This document shows, one piece after another, positions 9,896 through 20,454 of a stretch of DNA of 46,821 nt (positions within the stretch are counted from its first letter, which is position 1; every line of letters starts with the position of its first letter). Under the pieces are notes generated by a model. It was not told the DNA's origin, ran no database searches, and saw nothing but the letters and a program-made list of their open reading frames with translations. This stretch comes from Candidatus Staskawiczbacteria bacterium RIFOXYD1_FULL_32_13 (GTDB lineage Bacteria > Patescibacteriota > Minisyncoccia > Minisyncoccales > Staskawiczbacteraceae), in the NCBI GenBank assembly GCA_001820485.1, contig MHPU01000026.1, forward strand, positions 17,873 to 64,693. Direction: 5' to 3'. The translations under genes and the position numbers were made by a program.

Positions 9896-10507
9896 TTATC
9901 TTATATTTATATTCCTCTGAGATACTGTTGTTTGAATTTTAATCGGCTGGCTAATTAATTCTACAAGCTCAGCATCTAAAAGAATGGTAATTCTAGATTG
10001 GATATCATCTGTTTCAGAAGAATAAGTAATAGTTCCACCACCTACATTACTATTAATTATAAATCTTAAAGAATTTATTTTTATTTTATTTGAAGTTAAT
10101 GCTATTGGTGTTTCTAAATCTCTTGCTACCTTTAAAATTGCTGGTTTTGATAAATCAGCTTCATCTTTATCTAAAAAGAATTCCTGACAAATATTATTAT
10201 CTGATTGATTTATAAATTTTATACCTAAATATTCACCACTACCTGCAGTATCTTGTCTTGTTAATAAAAAATTCCTTCCCTCAGCACCCAAACAATCTCC
10301 TGTTAAATCACGTCCTGCCATTCTCATTGATTTACTCATATATTCTAAAGCATAACTTAATTGACCATAAAGTCCTTGTCTGGCTAATATTCTTCTCTGT
10401 TCTAATATAGCTGAAACAAAAAGACTAGCAGAAATACCTGATATAACTAAAAGAACACTCATCGATACCAACAACTCTATTAAAGTAAACCCTTTTTGAT
10501 ATTTCAT
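9896..10507 (-). CDS. PilW-like minor pilin
   Basis: KG|FTLIELLV prepilin signal and QTTVSQR C-terminus. Start moved to MKYQKG (10507). Confidence 0.85.
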   Translation of the reverse strand: MKYQKGFTLIELLVSMSVLLVISGISASLFVSAILEQRRILARQGLYGQLSYALEYMSKSMRMAGRDLTGDCLGAEGRNFLLTRQDTAGSGEYLGIKFINQSDNNICQEFFLDKDEADLSKPAILKVARDLETPIALTSNKIKINSLRFIINSNVGGGTITYSSETDDIQSRITILLDAELVELISQPIKIQTTVSQRNINIR

Positions 10508-10512
10508 ATATT

Positions 10513-11079
10513 TTAATACCAATTATATAAAAATTCCTCTATTTGCGCAGAAAATTGACTTCCCTTATATTCCCAAGTTACCGATGCAATAACTCTTATA
10601 ATATCATCTCCAATAAAATAATCATCAGAGCCAACAGGAAAAACATCGTCTGACCCAGAAGGGTCATGAAATCCACTAATAGTAATTTTTCTCTTAAAAA
10701 TTGTCTGAGAATAATTTCCTGAATTATTATAAGAATAAATATTATTACTATCAATATTTAAAAATCTACCTTCGTTTATATAAGGAATTAGCTGACCACC
10801 AGATTCTACATTGTAATCAACTTCGAAATCACATCCTGTCAAGCAGTTACCATTATCAATTCTTTCTAACCAATTTCCGGTATTTTTAACCCAATTATCA
10901 TCTCTAATATTTTTTGCTATTTCCATTCCTTCTTGAGCTAGATAAAAAGCAGTTAACTTATAGGGATAATTATTTGCTTGCTTTGACATATCAAAAAAAA
11001 CTCCATAAATAACTATAGTTCCTACAATTAAAATAAATATAGCAATTATAGTTTCTATTAAAGTAAACCCTTTTGACAT
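10513..11079 (-). CDS. PilV-like minor pilin
   Basis: KG|FTLIET, A.YLAQEGME..KNIRD, ends LYNW. Confidence 0.85.
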   Translation of the reverse strand: MSKGFTLIETIIAIFILIVGTIVIYGVFFDMSKQANNYPYKLTAFYLAQEGMEIAKNIRDDNWVKNTGNWLERIDNGNCLTGCDFEVDYNVESGGQLIPYINEGRFLNIDSNNIYSYNNSGNYSQTIFKRKITISGFHDPSGSDDVFPVGSDDYFIGDDIIRVIASVTWEYKGSQFSAQIEEFLYNWY

Positions 11080-11104
11080 AAAAAATATTTAATAAATATT
11101 AAAA

Positions 11105-11671
11105 TTAATACCATATTAAACCTGACTTATTTACATATATTGTTCTTGTTGTTTCGGGTTTTGACTCTATGGCAATAACAATTTCTACTGTGTCTGTGCC
11201 TTGTAATAAATTTGTTATTGTAGTATTAAAATTTGGAGGAGCAAAATTAATGCTCAATCTACTCGTTCCATTGTGTATTTCTTTTATTATTATACCTGGT
11301 TCAGGCAAACTTAAATCAATTTCTTTCGAGACAAAATCTTCATTAACATTATATTGCCTATCTCCATCAATATCAGCATAAATAATATATTTTTTATTCC
11401 CCAAGACAGCTGAATCAAAATAAACTCCATATCCTTTGGGATAAATTATTTCTCCATTTGATAATGTTTCAAAAGATCCTGAACTACTTTGACTTTGAGC
11501 AGTTTTTAAATCTTGCGAAATTATATGGACAGCTCTACTCAAATTTAATTGCAGTCTAATACTTGGGAAATCAGCCACTATTACTGCAGAAAGAATAGAA
11601 ATAATAGAAATAATAACAATAATTTCAATTAAAGTAATGCCTTTATTTTTATTTAATATTTTATATTTCAT
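11105..11671 (-). CDS. FimU/FimT-like minor pilin
   Basis: KG|ITLIEI signal, GYGVYF motif, ends I.VNKSG. Start moved to MKYKIL (11671). Confidence 0.8.
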   Translation of the reverse strand: MKYKILNKNKGITLIEIIVIISIISILSAVIVADFPSIRLQLNLSRAVHIISQDLKTAQSQSSSGSFETLSNGEIIYPKGYGVYFDSAVLGNKKYIIYADIDGDRQYNVNEDFVSKEIDLSLPEPGIIIKEIHNGTSRLSINFAPPNFNTTITNLLQGTDTVEIVIAIESKPETTRTIYVNKSGLIWY

Positions 11672-11673
11672 TT

Positions 11674-12561
11674 TTAAAATAAAACTAAATTTAAATACCA
11701 AGTAACTATTTTTTCTCCCCAAAACATAGCCAAAAATGTACCAAAAATTAAGAAAGGACCAAATGGAATTTCACTCTTTGAATTTTTTTTTTCCAAAATC
11801 ATCAACATTATACCTATTATAGCACCAAAAAAGAAAGATAAAAATAAACCAACTAGAATATTTGGAAATCCCAAGATAAGTCCTAATAAAATTGCTAACT
11901 TAACATCGCCAAATCCCATCCATTTTCCTTGTGAAACAAGCCAAATAAAAAAGAAAAAACCAACTCCGATTAAAACTGCATAAAAATAATTAAATAATAG
12001 AGCAGAAATTCCAAAATTTAAATTCCAAATCACAAACAAATCCCAATTTCCAAAACTCAAAAATTCTAAAATACGATAAGCTAGTGCGATTATTATAGCT
12101 GGAAATAAGACATTGTCTGGAATTAAATAATGCTTTAAATCATAAACAAAAATTATTATTAATGAAGAGGCAATATAAAACCAAAATATTAAAGCCACTA
12201 TCATTCCTGCGAAAGCGGAAGGCCAGAGTTCTTGCGCTAATCCATGATTCCCAATTAAACTAGAAATGATACTAGACTTATTGAAAATTAACAAAAATAT
12301 TAGCCCAGTTGCCAATTCTACAGCTGGATATTGCCAAGATATTTTTGCCCTGCAATATCTACACTTCCCAAGTAAATATAAATAACTAAAAACCGGAAAT
12401 AAATCTTTCCATATCAACTTATGTCTACAACTAGGGCAAAAACTTCTACCTTCTAAAAAACTTTTTTCTTCTTCAGTTCTATATATAACCACATTCAAAA
12501 AACTACCAATACACAAGCCCAATAAATAAACAAATAAATAAATTAAAAATTCTAAAATCAT
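11674..12561 (-). CDS. pilD: Prepilin peptidase
   Basis: GSFLNVVIYR, CPSC/CRYC, YDLKHYLIP, MGFGDVKL, IPFGPFL. Confidence 0.95.
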   Translation of the reverse strand: MILEFLIYLFVYLLGLCIGSFLNVVIYRTEEEKSFLEGRSFCPSCRHKLIWKDLFPVFSYLYLLGKCRYCRAKISWQYPAVELATGLIFLLIFNKSSIISSLIGNHGLAQELWPSAFAGMIVALIFWFYIASSLIIIFVYDLKHYLIPDNVLFPAIIIALAYRILEFLSFGNWDLFVIWNLNFGISALLFNYFYAVLIGVGFFFFIWLVSQGKWMGFGDVKLAILLGLILGFPNILVGLFLSFFFGAIIGIMLMILEKKNSKSEIPFGPFLIFGTFLAMFWGEKIVTWYLNLVLF

Positions 12562-12629
12562 AAATTATTCTAGCTACAAATACTAAAATCTAAATTCTAA
12601 TTATTTAATTATACCAAAATTTACACAAA

Positions 12630-12660
12630 AAAACACTCCCTGTTTAATAGGGAGTGTTTT
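12630..12660 (-). terminator. Terminator downstream of the major pilin
   Basis: AAAACACTCCCT-GTTTAAT-AGGGAGTGTTTT with an A-run on the + side (U-tract on minus). Confidence 0.8.
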
Positions 12661-12680
12661 AGCTATATTTTAATCATTAA

Positions 12681-13106
12681 TTAGGCGTCTGCTGCGCAAT
12701 CTGCTGTTGCTGCTTCACAATCTGCTGTAGCTCCTTTATATCCTGTACTATCAACACACCAGTTTGTTCCATCATTTAATTCTGCCTCTATACAAAATGC
12801 CCCTCCAACAGGAGCACCTGTGGAAATTTGAACAGATTGAGCTTTTCCAGTGCCATTTGCTCCATCAATAGCTGTTAAACCAGCTGCAAAAGTTGCATCT
12901 GCATCAACCCCTGTATAGACACTGCTATGACTATCATACCAAGCCGCAGCAATTGTTACCATATTTGCCATATTTCCTTTAATTGAGGCATCTTTACCTT
13001 TAGCTATATATTGCGTTACATTAACCAATACTACTGCAGCTAATACTGCAATAATTGCAATAACAACTAACAATTCAATAATTGTAAAACCTTTTGATGT
13101 TTTCAT
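12681..13106 (-). CDS. pilA: Major type IV pilin
   Basis: KG|FTIIELLVVIAII; Ala-rich; C-terminal Cys residues; own promoter and terminator. Confidence 0.85.
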   Translation of the reverse strand: MKTSKGFTIIELLVVIAIIAVLAAVVLVNVTQYIAKGKDASIKGNMANMVTIAAAWYDSHSSVYTGVDADATFAAGLTAIDGANGTGKAQSVQISTGAPVGGAFCIEAELNDGTNWCVDSTGYKGATADCEAATADCAADA

Positions 13107-13191
13107 ATTTTTATTTTTAATTAATTATTTTTTTAAGATCTTAAAAAAAATTTACTACTAATTCTCGACCTTTTTAATTTTTTCTTTATTT

Positions 13192-13238
13192 ATTATAATA
13201 TTTACCAATAAATCAAGCAATAGTATGCCTGTGGATAA
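13192..13238 (-). promoter_or_regulatory. Pilin promoter with adjacent perfect DnaA box
   Basis: Minus strand: TTATCCACA(13238-13230), then TTGCTT, 17 nt, TATAAT(13197-13192). Confidence 0.6.
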
Positions 13239-13258
13239 CTCTTGTGCTACGCACTCTC

Positions 13259-14467
13259 TTACATTCCTCCTAAAGTACTATAAAGTGGAGATAAAACAGA
13301 AACAGCTAAAAAGGCAACACAAATTCCCAAAAATATAATTAAAACTGGCTCTAAAAGAGCAGTAAATGTATCAACATCTCGTTTAATCTCTTTTTGATAA
13401 AAATTCACTATTTCTAATAAATTTTTATCTAATTTACCAGTATCTTCACCAACTTGAATCATTTGTACTACAAAAGAAGAAACATATTTAGGATATTTTT
13501 TTAAAGCAGAGCTAATTTTTTCGCCTTCTAAAACACTTTTTTCAGTTTCTGCTATTATTTCTTTATAAGTAATATTTTCAATTGTATCTTTTGTAATTTT
13601 TAAAGCTGTAACAATTGACAGTCCTGCTGAAATCAATGTTGAAAGATTTTCTGCAAATTTCACAAGATAAGTTTTTTGAAAAAATTCTCCTATTAAAGGA
13701 ATTCTTAAAGATAAAAAATCATATTGTTTCTTACCGTTTTTAGTTTTTAAATAATAGAATATAAATCCTATTAAACCAAAAAGGATTAATATAAAAACCC
13801 ACCAGTAAATTGATAAAAAAGCATAAAAATTAAGCATGAGTACTGTAAAAAATGGTGGTTTTGCAGGCGATTGTTTTACAAGCTCAATTAGCTTTGGCAT
13901 AACTACGACCATAACAATTCCCATAACAACAACTAATACTGAAATAACAAAAACCGGATAAATCATTGCACTTTTTATCTGAGAATTTATATCTGCCTCT
14001 CTTTCTAAATGGCGCGAAAGATAATCTAAAGATTCTGAAATTTTTCCAGAAGCTTCACCGCTTTTCATTAAATTTATAAAAAAAACATTAAAGACCTCAG
14101 GAAAAGCTGAAAAAGCTTCTGACAAAGAATTACCTTCGTCCACCAATTGAGAAATTTTTATAATTTTTTCTTTAAAAAATTGTTTTTTTGTTTGCTCAGA
14201 TAAACTAGCCAAACTTTGCACAACAGGTACGCGAGACTCCAATAAAACAGCCAATTGCCTAGAAAAAATAGCTAAATCTTTTTTAGATACTTTATTAAAA
14301 AAACTTATATTTTTACCAGAAAAAATACCCTGCTTTACTTCAACTAAAGAAGTTGCAAAAATATTATATTTAGAAAGAATATCAACAGCAGCTTCTTTCG
14401 AAGAAGCTTCAATAACTCCGCTCTCTACTGAACCTTCTTTGGACCTTGCTTTATATTTATATTTCAT
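13259..14467 (-). CDS. pilC: T4P inner-membrane platform protein
   Basis: Two T2SSF domains; GEASG, GEDTGKLD, LEP motifs. Confidence 0.93.
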   Translation of the reverse strand: MKYKYKARSKEGSVESGVIEASSKEAAVDILSKYNIFATSLVEVKQGIFSGKNISFFNKVSKKDLAIFSRQLAVLLESRVPVVQSLASLSEQTKKQFFKEKIIKISQLVDEGNSLSEAFSAFPEVFNVFFINLMKSGEASGKISESLDYLSRHLEREADINSQIKSAMIYPVFVISVLVVVMGIVMVVVMPKLIELVKQSPAKPPFFTVLMLNFYAFLSIYWWVFILILFGLIGFIFYYLKTKNGKKQYDFLSLRIPLIGEFFQKTYLVKFAENLSTLISAGLSIVTALKITKDTIENITYKEIIAETEKSVLEGEKISSALKKYPKYVSSFVVQMIQVGEDTGKLDKNLLEIVNFYQKEIKRDVDTFTALLEPVLIIFLGICVAFLAVSVLSPLYSTLGGM

Positions 14468-15532
14468 TTATCTTAATAAATTTCTAATTTCTGCAGGATT
14501 ATAAGAATAGTCTACCGCATCTTTTAAAGATATTTCTTTTTTTCTTACTAAATCAACCAATGCCCTATTGAAAGAAATCATTCCTTCTTTTGAAGATGTT
14601 TCGATAACAGATGGTATCTCATGTGTTTTATTTTCTCTTATCAAAGTAGATACTGCAGTATTACATATTAAAACCTCACAAACAGGAATAAATCCCCCTT
14701 TAATCCTTGGAATTAATCTTTGAGAAACAATGCCTAAAAGAGAAGAAGCTAATTGAAATCTTATTTGATTTTGCTGGTCAGCTGAAAAAACATCAACAAT
14801 TCTATGAACTGTTTGAGAAGCAGAATTAGTGTGCAAAGTAGCAAAAACCAAATGTCCTGTTTCAGCTGCTGTGATTGTAGTTGATATAGTTTCTAAATCT
14901 CTCATTTCCCCTACCATAATAACATCTGGATTTTGCCTAAAAGTAGCTCTTAAAGCATTAGTAAAACTATGCGAATCTTGTCCTATTTCTCTTTGTTCAA
15001 TAACTGCTCTGTCTGGTTCATAAATATATTCTATTGGGTCTTCAATAGTAATTACATGCAATGATCTTGTGTGATTAATTTCATCAATTAATGCAGCTAA
15101 TGTTGTTGTTTTTCCTTGGCCAGAAGCTCCTGTCATTAAAACAAGTCCTTGATTTTTACTAGTAAATTCATGCAATACAGGAGGTATACCTAATTCCTCA
15201 ATTGTTCTTATTGTATATGGTATAAAACGTAACGCCATGCTTATATTATCCCTTTGAGAAAATACATTAACTCTAAATCTACTCTTCCCATCATAATCAT
15301 AAGAAAAATCAATTTCTTTTTCCTCCAAAAACTTTTTCTGTATATTTTCTTTCATAATAGAAAAAGCATATCCTTTTGCATCATCTGAATTAATAATTTT
15401 TTCTCTTGTTAATGGAACTAGCTGACCTGTTATTCTTATCATTGGAGAATGCCCTACAGACAAAATCAAATCAGATGCCTGTTCTTTTATTACTATTTCT
15501 AAAAATCTTCTAAATTCTTTTAAATAATCCAT
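14468..15532 (-). CDS. pilT: Retraction ATPase PilT
   Basis: GASGQGKTT, TIEDPIE, RQNPDVIMVGEMRD, ETGH, TLHTN, QIRFQLA. Confidence 0.93.
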   Translation of the reverse strand: MDYLKEFRRFLEIVIKEQASDLILSVGHSPMIRITGQLVPLTREKIINSDDAKGYAFSIMKENIQKKFLEEKEIDFSYDYDGKSRFRVNVFSQRDNISMALRFIPYTIRTIEELGIPPVLHEFTSKNQGLVLMTGASGQGKTTTLAALIDEINHTRSLHVITIEDPIEYIYEPDRAVIEQREIGQDSHSFTNALRATFRQNPDVIMVGEMRDLETISTTITAAETGHLVFATLHTNSASQTVHRIVDVFSADQQNQIRFQLASSLLGIVSQRLIPRIKGGFIPVCEVLICNTAVSTLIRENKTHEIPSVIETSSKEGMISFNRALVDLVRKKEISLKDAVDYSYNPAEIRNLLR

Positions 15533-15546
15533 ATTTTTATAAAAAA

Positions 15547-15912
15547 TTAATTAAGTATTTTTTTAACTTCTTCTGTTATTTGACTTGGCGTATTTTCTGT
15601 TTTAGTAAGATATTTTACTATATTATATATTGATCCCTTCTCTAAATCTTCTTTTTGAGAAAGTGCAGACAAAACTATTATTTTTAAATCCTTTAAATTT
15701 AATTCTTCTCTAACTATACGCAAAACTTCCCACCCTGAAATTTTAGGTAAAATAATATCTAACATTACTAAATCTGGGCTTAATTCCTTTATTTTATTTA
15801 TAGCCATTTGTCCATCTGAAGCTACTGTTACATTAAAACCAGCTACAGTTAACTGTTTTGTATAAATATCGATTAAAAAACTATCATCCTCAACCAAAAG
15901 TATATTTTTCAT
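15547..15912 (-). CDS. Single-domain response regulator (receiver)
   Basis: LLVEDD, MLDIILP..SG, VLSAL, YLTK. Confidence 0.9.
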   Translation of the reverse strand: MKNILLVEDDSFLIDIYTKQLTVAGFNVTVASDGQMAINKIKELSPDLVMLDIILPKISGWEVLRIVREELNLKDLKIIVLSALSQKEDLEKGSIYNIVKYLTKTENTPSQITEEVKKILN

Positions 15913-15922
15913 ATTTTTTAAA

Positions 15923-16441
15923 TTATTTTGTAAAACCTAATTTATTATTATTTTTCTTTGATTTTTCATCATCCAAAAGTAAACCTAGAATATTAAATAT
16001 ACTTTTTATCTTTGAATCATATTTATTTTCCATTTCCATAATTTTTCTTTGTAAAGATTCATTGGTTGCCAACAATTCACGAATTTTCATGAAAGTCCTC
16101 ATAATCTGTATATTAACTTTTACTGCTTTCTTACTTTTTAAAACACCTGATAGCATCGCCACGCCTTGTTCTGTAAATGCTAATGGCAATTTTCGCAAAC
16201 CCATCTTTTCAGATTTGGATATCACAATTTGTGACATCCAATTTTTCACTTCTTCTTTATTTAGCTGGAACATAAAATCCTCTGGAAATCTATCAATGTT
16301 TCTTTTAACTGCCTGATTCAAAGTGCTCGTTTTGACATCATAAAGTTCAGCAATATCTCTATCAAGCATTACTTTTTTATTCCTAATAATATAAATCTTA
16401 CTGACGATTATTTCTGATGGAATTATTAAATTCTCTGACAT
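15923..16441 (-). CDS. ORF6N-domain DNA-binding protein
   Basis: IR..KVMLDRD.A.LY.V, NQAVKRN..RFP.DFMFQL, AFTEQGVAMLS. Confidence 0.9.
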   Translation of the reverse strand: MSENLIIPSEIIVSKIYIIRNKKVMLDRDIAELYDVKTSTLNQAVKRNIDRFPEDFMFQLNKEEVKNWMSQIVISKSEKMGLRKLPLAFTEQGVAMLSGVLKSKKAVKVNIQIMRTFMKIRELLATNESLQRKIMEMENKYDSKIKSIFNILGLLLDDEKSKKNNNKLGFTK

Positions 16442-16479
16442 AATTTAATTAAAATTATTTTCTTTTTCTTTTTCCATTT

Positions 16480-17703
16480 TTAATCTGCGTCAATAAAAAA
16501 TGTATCAAATGTTTTTATTATTTGCTTAATTTCTTCAACTTCTTTTGTTATTAAATTACTTTCAGAATTATTATTTAATATGATAAAATCGGTTTCTCTA
16601 TTTTCTCCTGATTTTCCAAATATATCTATAAAATTTAATTTTTCTGTTAATTTTTCTCGATTAATCGTTGATACTTCTTTACCTTGCCTAGGATGACTAA
16701 TAATCATTATTTCAATTCCACGAAACTGTTTCTCTGTCAACAATTTTGGATTTTGAAAAATAAGCAATGGTCCATTACAATTATTTTGACAATTTATATA
16801 GTCATCTAATGATTGATCGTTCCATAAACTATTTATTATATTATAATTTTCCCAAGATTCAGGATATCTCATCGTAAATCCATATTGATAATTAACATAT
16901 ATTTTCCAATTAGATACTAATTGTTTAAAATATTCTTCTTGCTGCTTTAACTTTTTATATTCATTGTAAGAGTATAAATTGTATATTACAATTCCCAATA
17001 TTACGATTAAAAAAAGTATAATAACTATAATAGTGCTAATAAAAATAATTTTATTCTTTTTAAAGATTCCGTAAAATAAAATACTTAAAATAAATATTAT
17101 GCCGAAAATTATATTCAATATATATGAAAGTACTAATAATACATCATCACTTGACCCAAAAATAGTTAATATTACAATAATTGGGAGTAAGATAAGAAGT
17201 ACTATATTGATTATAGATAATCTTTTTATTTTAATATCTTGAGATATGCCTCTGCTCAATAATGTTTCCCAAAACCATCCTAAAAATGCTCCTACTAAAC
17301 TGTACGACAATAAATGAATCAAATGAACCCACAGGACGCCACCTTTTTCAATGATTACAAATGTTAATATTAGTGGTGTTAAAAAAATTCCCAAAAGCTC
17401 GAGATCTCTAAAATAAAAAACAATAATACTTCCCAATAAAGAAAAAATAAATCCAATTACCGCTCCTTGTTGCCACATTTTTAATTTAATTTTACTGCCT
17501 CTTATTTTATTAATGACGACAAAAATTATATCAAATAATAATCCTGCAACAACACCAAAAATTAAATAATAACAAGTCAAACCTATTATTACAGGTGGCT
17601 CTTCGCTTATTGGTCCAGTGTGTACTAACGAATAAAAAATAGACGCCATAATTCCAAAAAATAGACCAACAATTCCAAATTTTGACCAATAACTTATTTT
17701 CAT
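16480..17703 (-). CDS. Multi-TM membrane protein with C-terminal PsbP-like extracellular domain
   Basis: About 7-8 hydrophobic helices, then WKIYVNYQYGFTMRYPESW, ending IIKTF. Confidence 0.55.
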   Translation of the reverse strand: MKISYWSKFGIVGLFFGIMASIFYSLVHTGPISEEPPVIIGLTCYYLIFGVVAGLLFDIIFVVINKIRGSKIKLKMWQQGAVIGFIFSLLGSIIVFYFRDLELLGIFLTPLILTFVIIEKGGVLWVHLIHLLSYSLVGAFLGWFWETLLSRGISQDIKIKRLSIINIVLLILLPIIVILTIFGSSDDVLLVLSYILNIIFGIIFILSILFYGIFKKNKIIFISTIIVIILFLIVILGIVIYNLYSYNEYKKLKQQEEYFKQLVSNWKIYVNYQYGFTMRYPESWENYNIINSLWNDQSLDDYINCQNNCNGPLLIFQNPKLLTEKQFRGIEIMIISHPRQGKEVSTINREKLTEKLNFIDIFGKSGENRETDFIILNNNSESNLITKEVEEIKQIIKTFDTFFIDAD

Positions 17704-17714
17704 ATTTTTAAAAA

Positions 17715-19439
17715 TTATTTTTCTGCTGTTGCTCTTTCTATTTCTTCTATTGTTGTTTCACCTTTTAAAACTTTAACAATTCCTTCTTGCTCCATTGTAA
17801 GCATTCCTTGTTTTTGTGCAATCTTAAGGATTTGTGTATCTGTAGGGTTTTTTATAATAACCTCTTTTATTTCTTCTGTAATTTCTAAAACTTCATAAAG
17901 ACCAATTCTCCCAGCATAACCTCTAAAACCGCAAACTTCACACCCTTTAGACTCATAGATAACAAAATCTTCTTGATCTTGAATTTGCTCTTTAGCAAAG
18001 ACGGGCATACTTTTGATTCTTTCAATAATATATTTTTTTATTTTATCATTTGGTTTTGTTTTAACTCTACAATTTTTGCATAAAGTCCTCACTAATCTTT
18101 GTGAAATTGCAACTCTTAAAGTTGATGGTATTAAAAATGATTTTACCCCCATATCAATAAGTCTTGGAACAACTCCAGAAGAAGAATTTGTATGCAATGT
18201 AGACAAAACAATATGCCCAGTTAAAGCAGCATTAATTGCAAGGCCTGCTGTTTCTTCATCTCTAATTTCTCCAACCATAATAACATTTGGATCTTGTCTT
18301 AAAATCTGTCTTAAACCAGATGAAAAACTATACCCAATTTCTGGCTTTACCTGAGATTGGTTAACTCCATCAATAGAATATTCTATAGGATCTTCAAGAG
18401 TAACAATATTAACAGAATCTTGATTTAAAATATTCAAAAGAGAATATAATGTTGTTGATTTTCCAGACCCAGTAGGACCTGTAGCTAAAATTAAACCATA
18501 AGGCTTTTTAATAGCATTTTTTATTATTTCTAAATTTCTTCCCCTAATACCCATATCCTCAAAAGATCTAAGTCCCACGCCAGAATCTAAAATTCTAATA
18601 ACAACTTTCTCTCCATAAAGAATTGGAAATGTAGCTACCCTAAAATCAACATTTTTTTTATTAATTACAGCTGAAAATCTACCATCTTGAGGTACTCTAT
18701 TTTCATCTATTTTTAACCCAGCTACAATTTTAATTCTAGTTACAACTGAAGCATGAACGCTTAAAGGTAAAAAAAGGCTTGAATATAAAATTCCATCTTG
18801 CCTAAACCTAATATTTAATTTATCTCTACATGGCTCTATATGAATATCAGAAGCTTTATTTTCAATAGCATGACGCAAAATCACTAAAACCATTTTTATT
18901 ATTGGTGCCTCCTCTGCCAATGTCTTTGGAGCTAACTTTTCCTCTAGAGTATCTTTCTTTTTTTCCATTTTCCCTATTTCTATTTCTTCAATAGCTTTTC
19001 TTGTTTCTTCTTTTAATGTTCTACGCTGATTTAAAATATTTTTGAAATTCGTTATAGTAATTAAAAATACTTTATATTCAAAATTTTCTTGACGAGCTAA
19101 AAATCTTAAGGCATTTTGAGCTGGTATATTCTCAGGATAAGGCATCCCAACTTCAACAACTTTATCTTTTCTAGATAGAGGAACCATTTTATAATTTATT
19201 TCTGCTTCTTCTGGCATTATTTCTAAAACCTCTTGCAAAACATCTTCTGGCTTAACTTTTCTAAAAGGAAGGTTTAATATTTTACTTTTTATTTCAAAAA
19301 GCTTATCTTCTGTAATAAGCTTTTTTTCCAAAATTAGCTCCTCTTCTGTTTTTTGAGTAGATGCAATTTCTTTTTCAAAATTATCCTTCTCCTGTTCGCT
19401 TAATATAGCTTCTGCAAATAATTCTTGAAGTATTTTCAT
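17715..19439 (-). CDS. pilB: Pilus assembly ATPase PilB/GspE
   Basis: ASDIHIEP, PQDGRF, GPTGSGKST, LRQDP, CxxC pairs. Confidence 0.95.
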   Translation of the reverse strand: MKILQELFAEAILSEQEKDNFEKEIASTQKTEEELILEKKLITEDKLFEIKSKILNLPFRKVKPEDVLQEVLEIMPEEAEINYKMVPLSRKDKVVEVGMPYPENIPAQNALRFLARQENFEYKVFLITITNFKNILNQRRTLKEETRKAIEEIEIGKMEKKKDTLEEKLAPKTLAEEAPIIKMVLVILRHAIENKASDIHIEPCRDKLNIRFRQDGILYSSLFLPLSVHASVVTRIKIVAGLKIDENRVPQDGRFSAVINKKNVDFRVATFPILYGEKVVIRILDSGVGLRSFEDMGIRGRNLEIIKNAIKKPYGLILATGPTGSGKSTTLYSLLNILNQDSVNIVTLEDPIEYSIDGVNQSQVKPEIGYSFSSGLRQILRQDPNVIMVGEIRDEETAGLAINAALTGHIVLSTLHTNSSSGVVPRLIDMGVKSFLIPSTLRVAISQRLVRTLCKNCRVKTKPNDKIKKYIIERIKSMPVFAKEQIQDQEDFVIYESKGCEVCGFRGYAGRIGLYEVLEITEEIKEVIIKNPTDTQILKIAQKQGMLTMEQEGIVKVLKGETTIEEIERATAEK

Positions 19440-19453
19440 AGTTTTAAAAAATT

Positions 19454-19879
19454 TTATTTTTTTAGAGGTGGCGCAATCACTTGCTGATAATAAATATTAA
19501 ATGGATTTTCTCTTCCAAGACTCTCTCTTTTTAATTCTATACTAGATAATTTAATTTCTTCTAATTTTATAACAGCCGCAGACTCGGAAACAGCTGTGAT
19601 TTTACCAGAAACTATTTTATCTAGCTCTGACATTGCATTATAAGTAAAAACATATTCAATTGCCTCTAATTGATTTAACTCTTTTAATCGTTCAGAGTCC
19701 AAAATAGAAAAATCTATATTTATATTAGGTTTCTTAAAAACTTTTTCCGCAGGCATTGCTTCTGGTTTCATTAAAAAAACAAATAAAATAATAGTAAGCA
19801 ATAAAAGCAAGAAAAATCCTGCTATTAATGAGAAGAATAAAATTTGCTTTTTTTTAGGTGAAACAAAGACTATTGCCAT
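19454..19879 (-). CDS. PilP-like alignment protein
   Basis: N-terminal TM, GRENPF motif, position after pilO. Confidence 0.55.
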   Translation of the reverse strand: MAIVFVSPKKKQILFFSLIAGFFLLLLLTIILFVFLMKPEAMPAEKVFKKPNINIDFSILDSERLKELNQLEAIEYVFTYNAMSELDKIVSGKITAVSESAAVIKLEEIKLSSIELKRESLGRENPFNIYYQQVIAPPLKK

Positions 19880-19891
19880 AACTTTTTTAAA

Positions 19892-20440
19892 TTAATATGA
19901 ATGAGTTTTTATTTCTAATAAAAATGAATGATTTTGCATTGATTTATTTGCTCCTCCAATTAAATTAGGAGAAGAACCAAAAGAAATGTTAATTACTTCA
20001 AATAAACTAGCAGATTTTTCTAAAGAAAAAAGAAAGTTTTTTAAAGCACTATAATTGCCGTTTATATTTAAAGAAAATGATACCTCTTTGACAGCGTCCT
20101 TAGCGCTTATAGCTGAAGCTTTAGTAAAAAATAAATCTTTTACAATTAAACCACTTTCAGAGGTTTTTTTCTGCAAAAAATAAACTAAGGGGGCAAGCGA
20201 TGTAATATCCGGAAGAGCTGTATCGATTTTGTTTAAACTTTCTTTTCGTCTCTCTAATTCATTAGATATATTTAAAATCTCTGCATAATAAGCATACTTA
20301 GCATTGTATTCTGCTTCTTTCAAAGCAACTTCTGTTTGTAAATTCTTAAATTCTACATACTTTGGAAAAACAAAAAACCAAATTAAAGCAACCGTAGTAA
20401 ATAAAATTAAAATTGTTATTAAAAAACGACTAATTGCCAT
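19892..20440 (-). CDS. pilO: PilO-like protein
   Basis: TM plus coiled coil, ALP, GNY..LK.FL..LE pattern. Confidence 0.75.
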   Translation of the reverse strand: MAISRFLITILILFTTVALIWFFVFPKYVEFKNLQTEVALKEAEYNAKYAYYAEILNISNELERRKESLNKIDTALPDITSLAPLVYFLQKKTSESGLIVKDLFFTKASAISAKDAVKEVSFSLNINGNYSALKNFLFSLEKSASLFEVINISFGSSPNLIGGANKSMQNHSFLLEIKTHSY

Positions 20441-20454
20441 AAAAATTTTATTTT

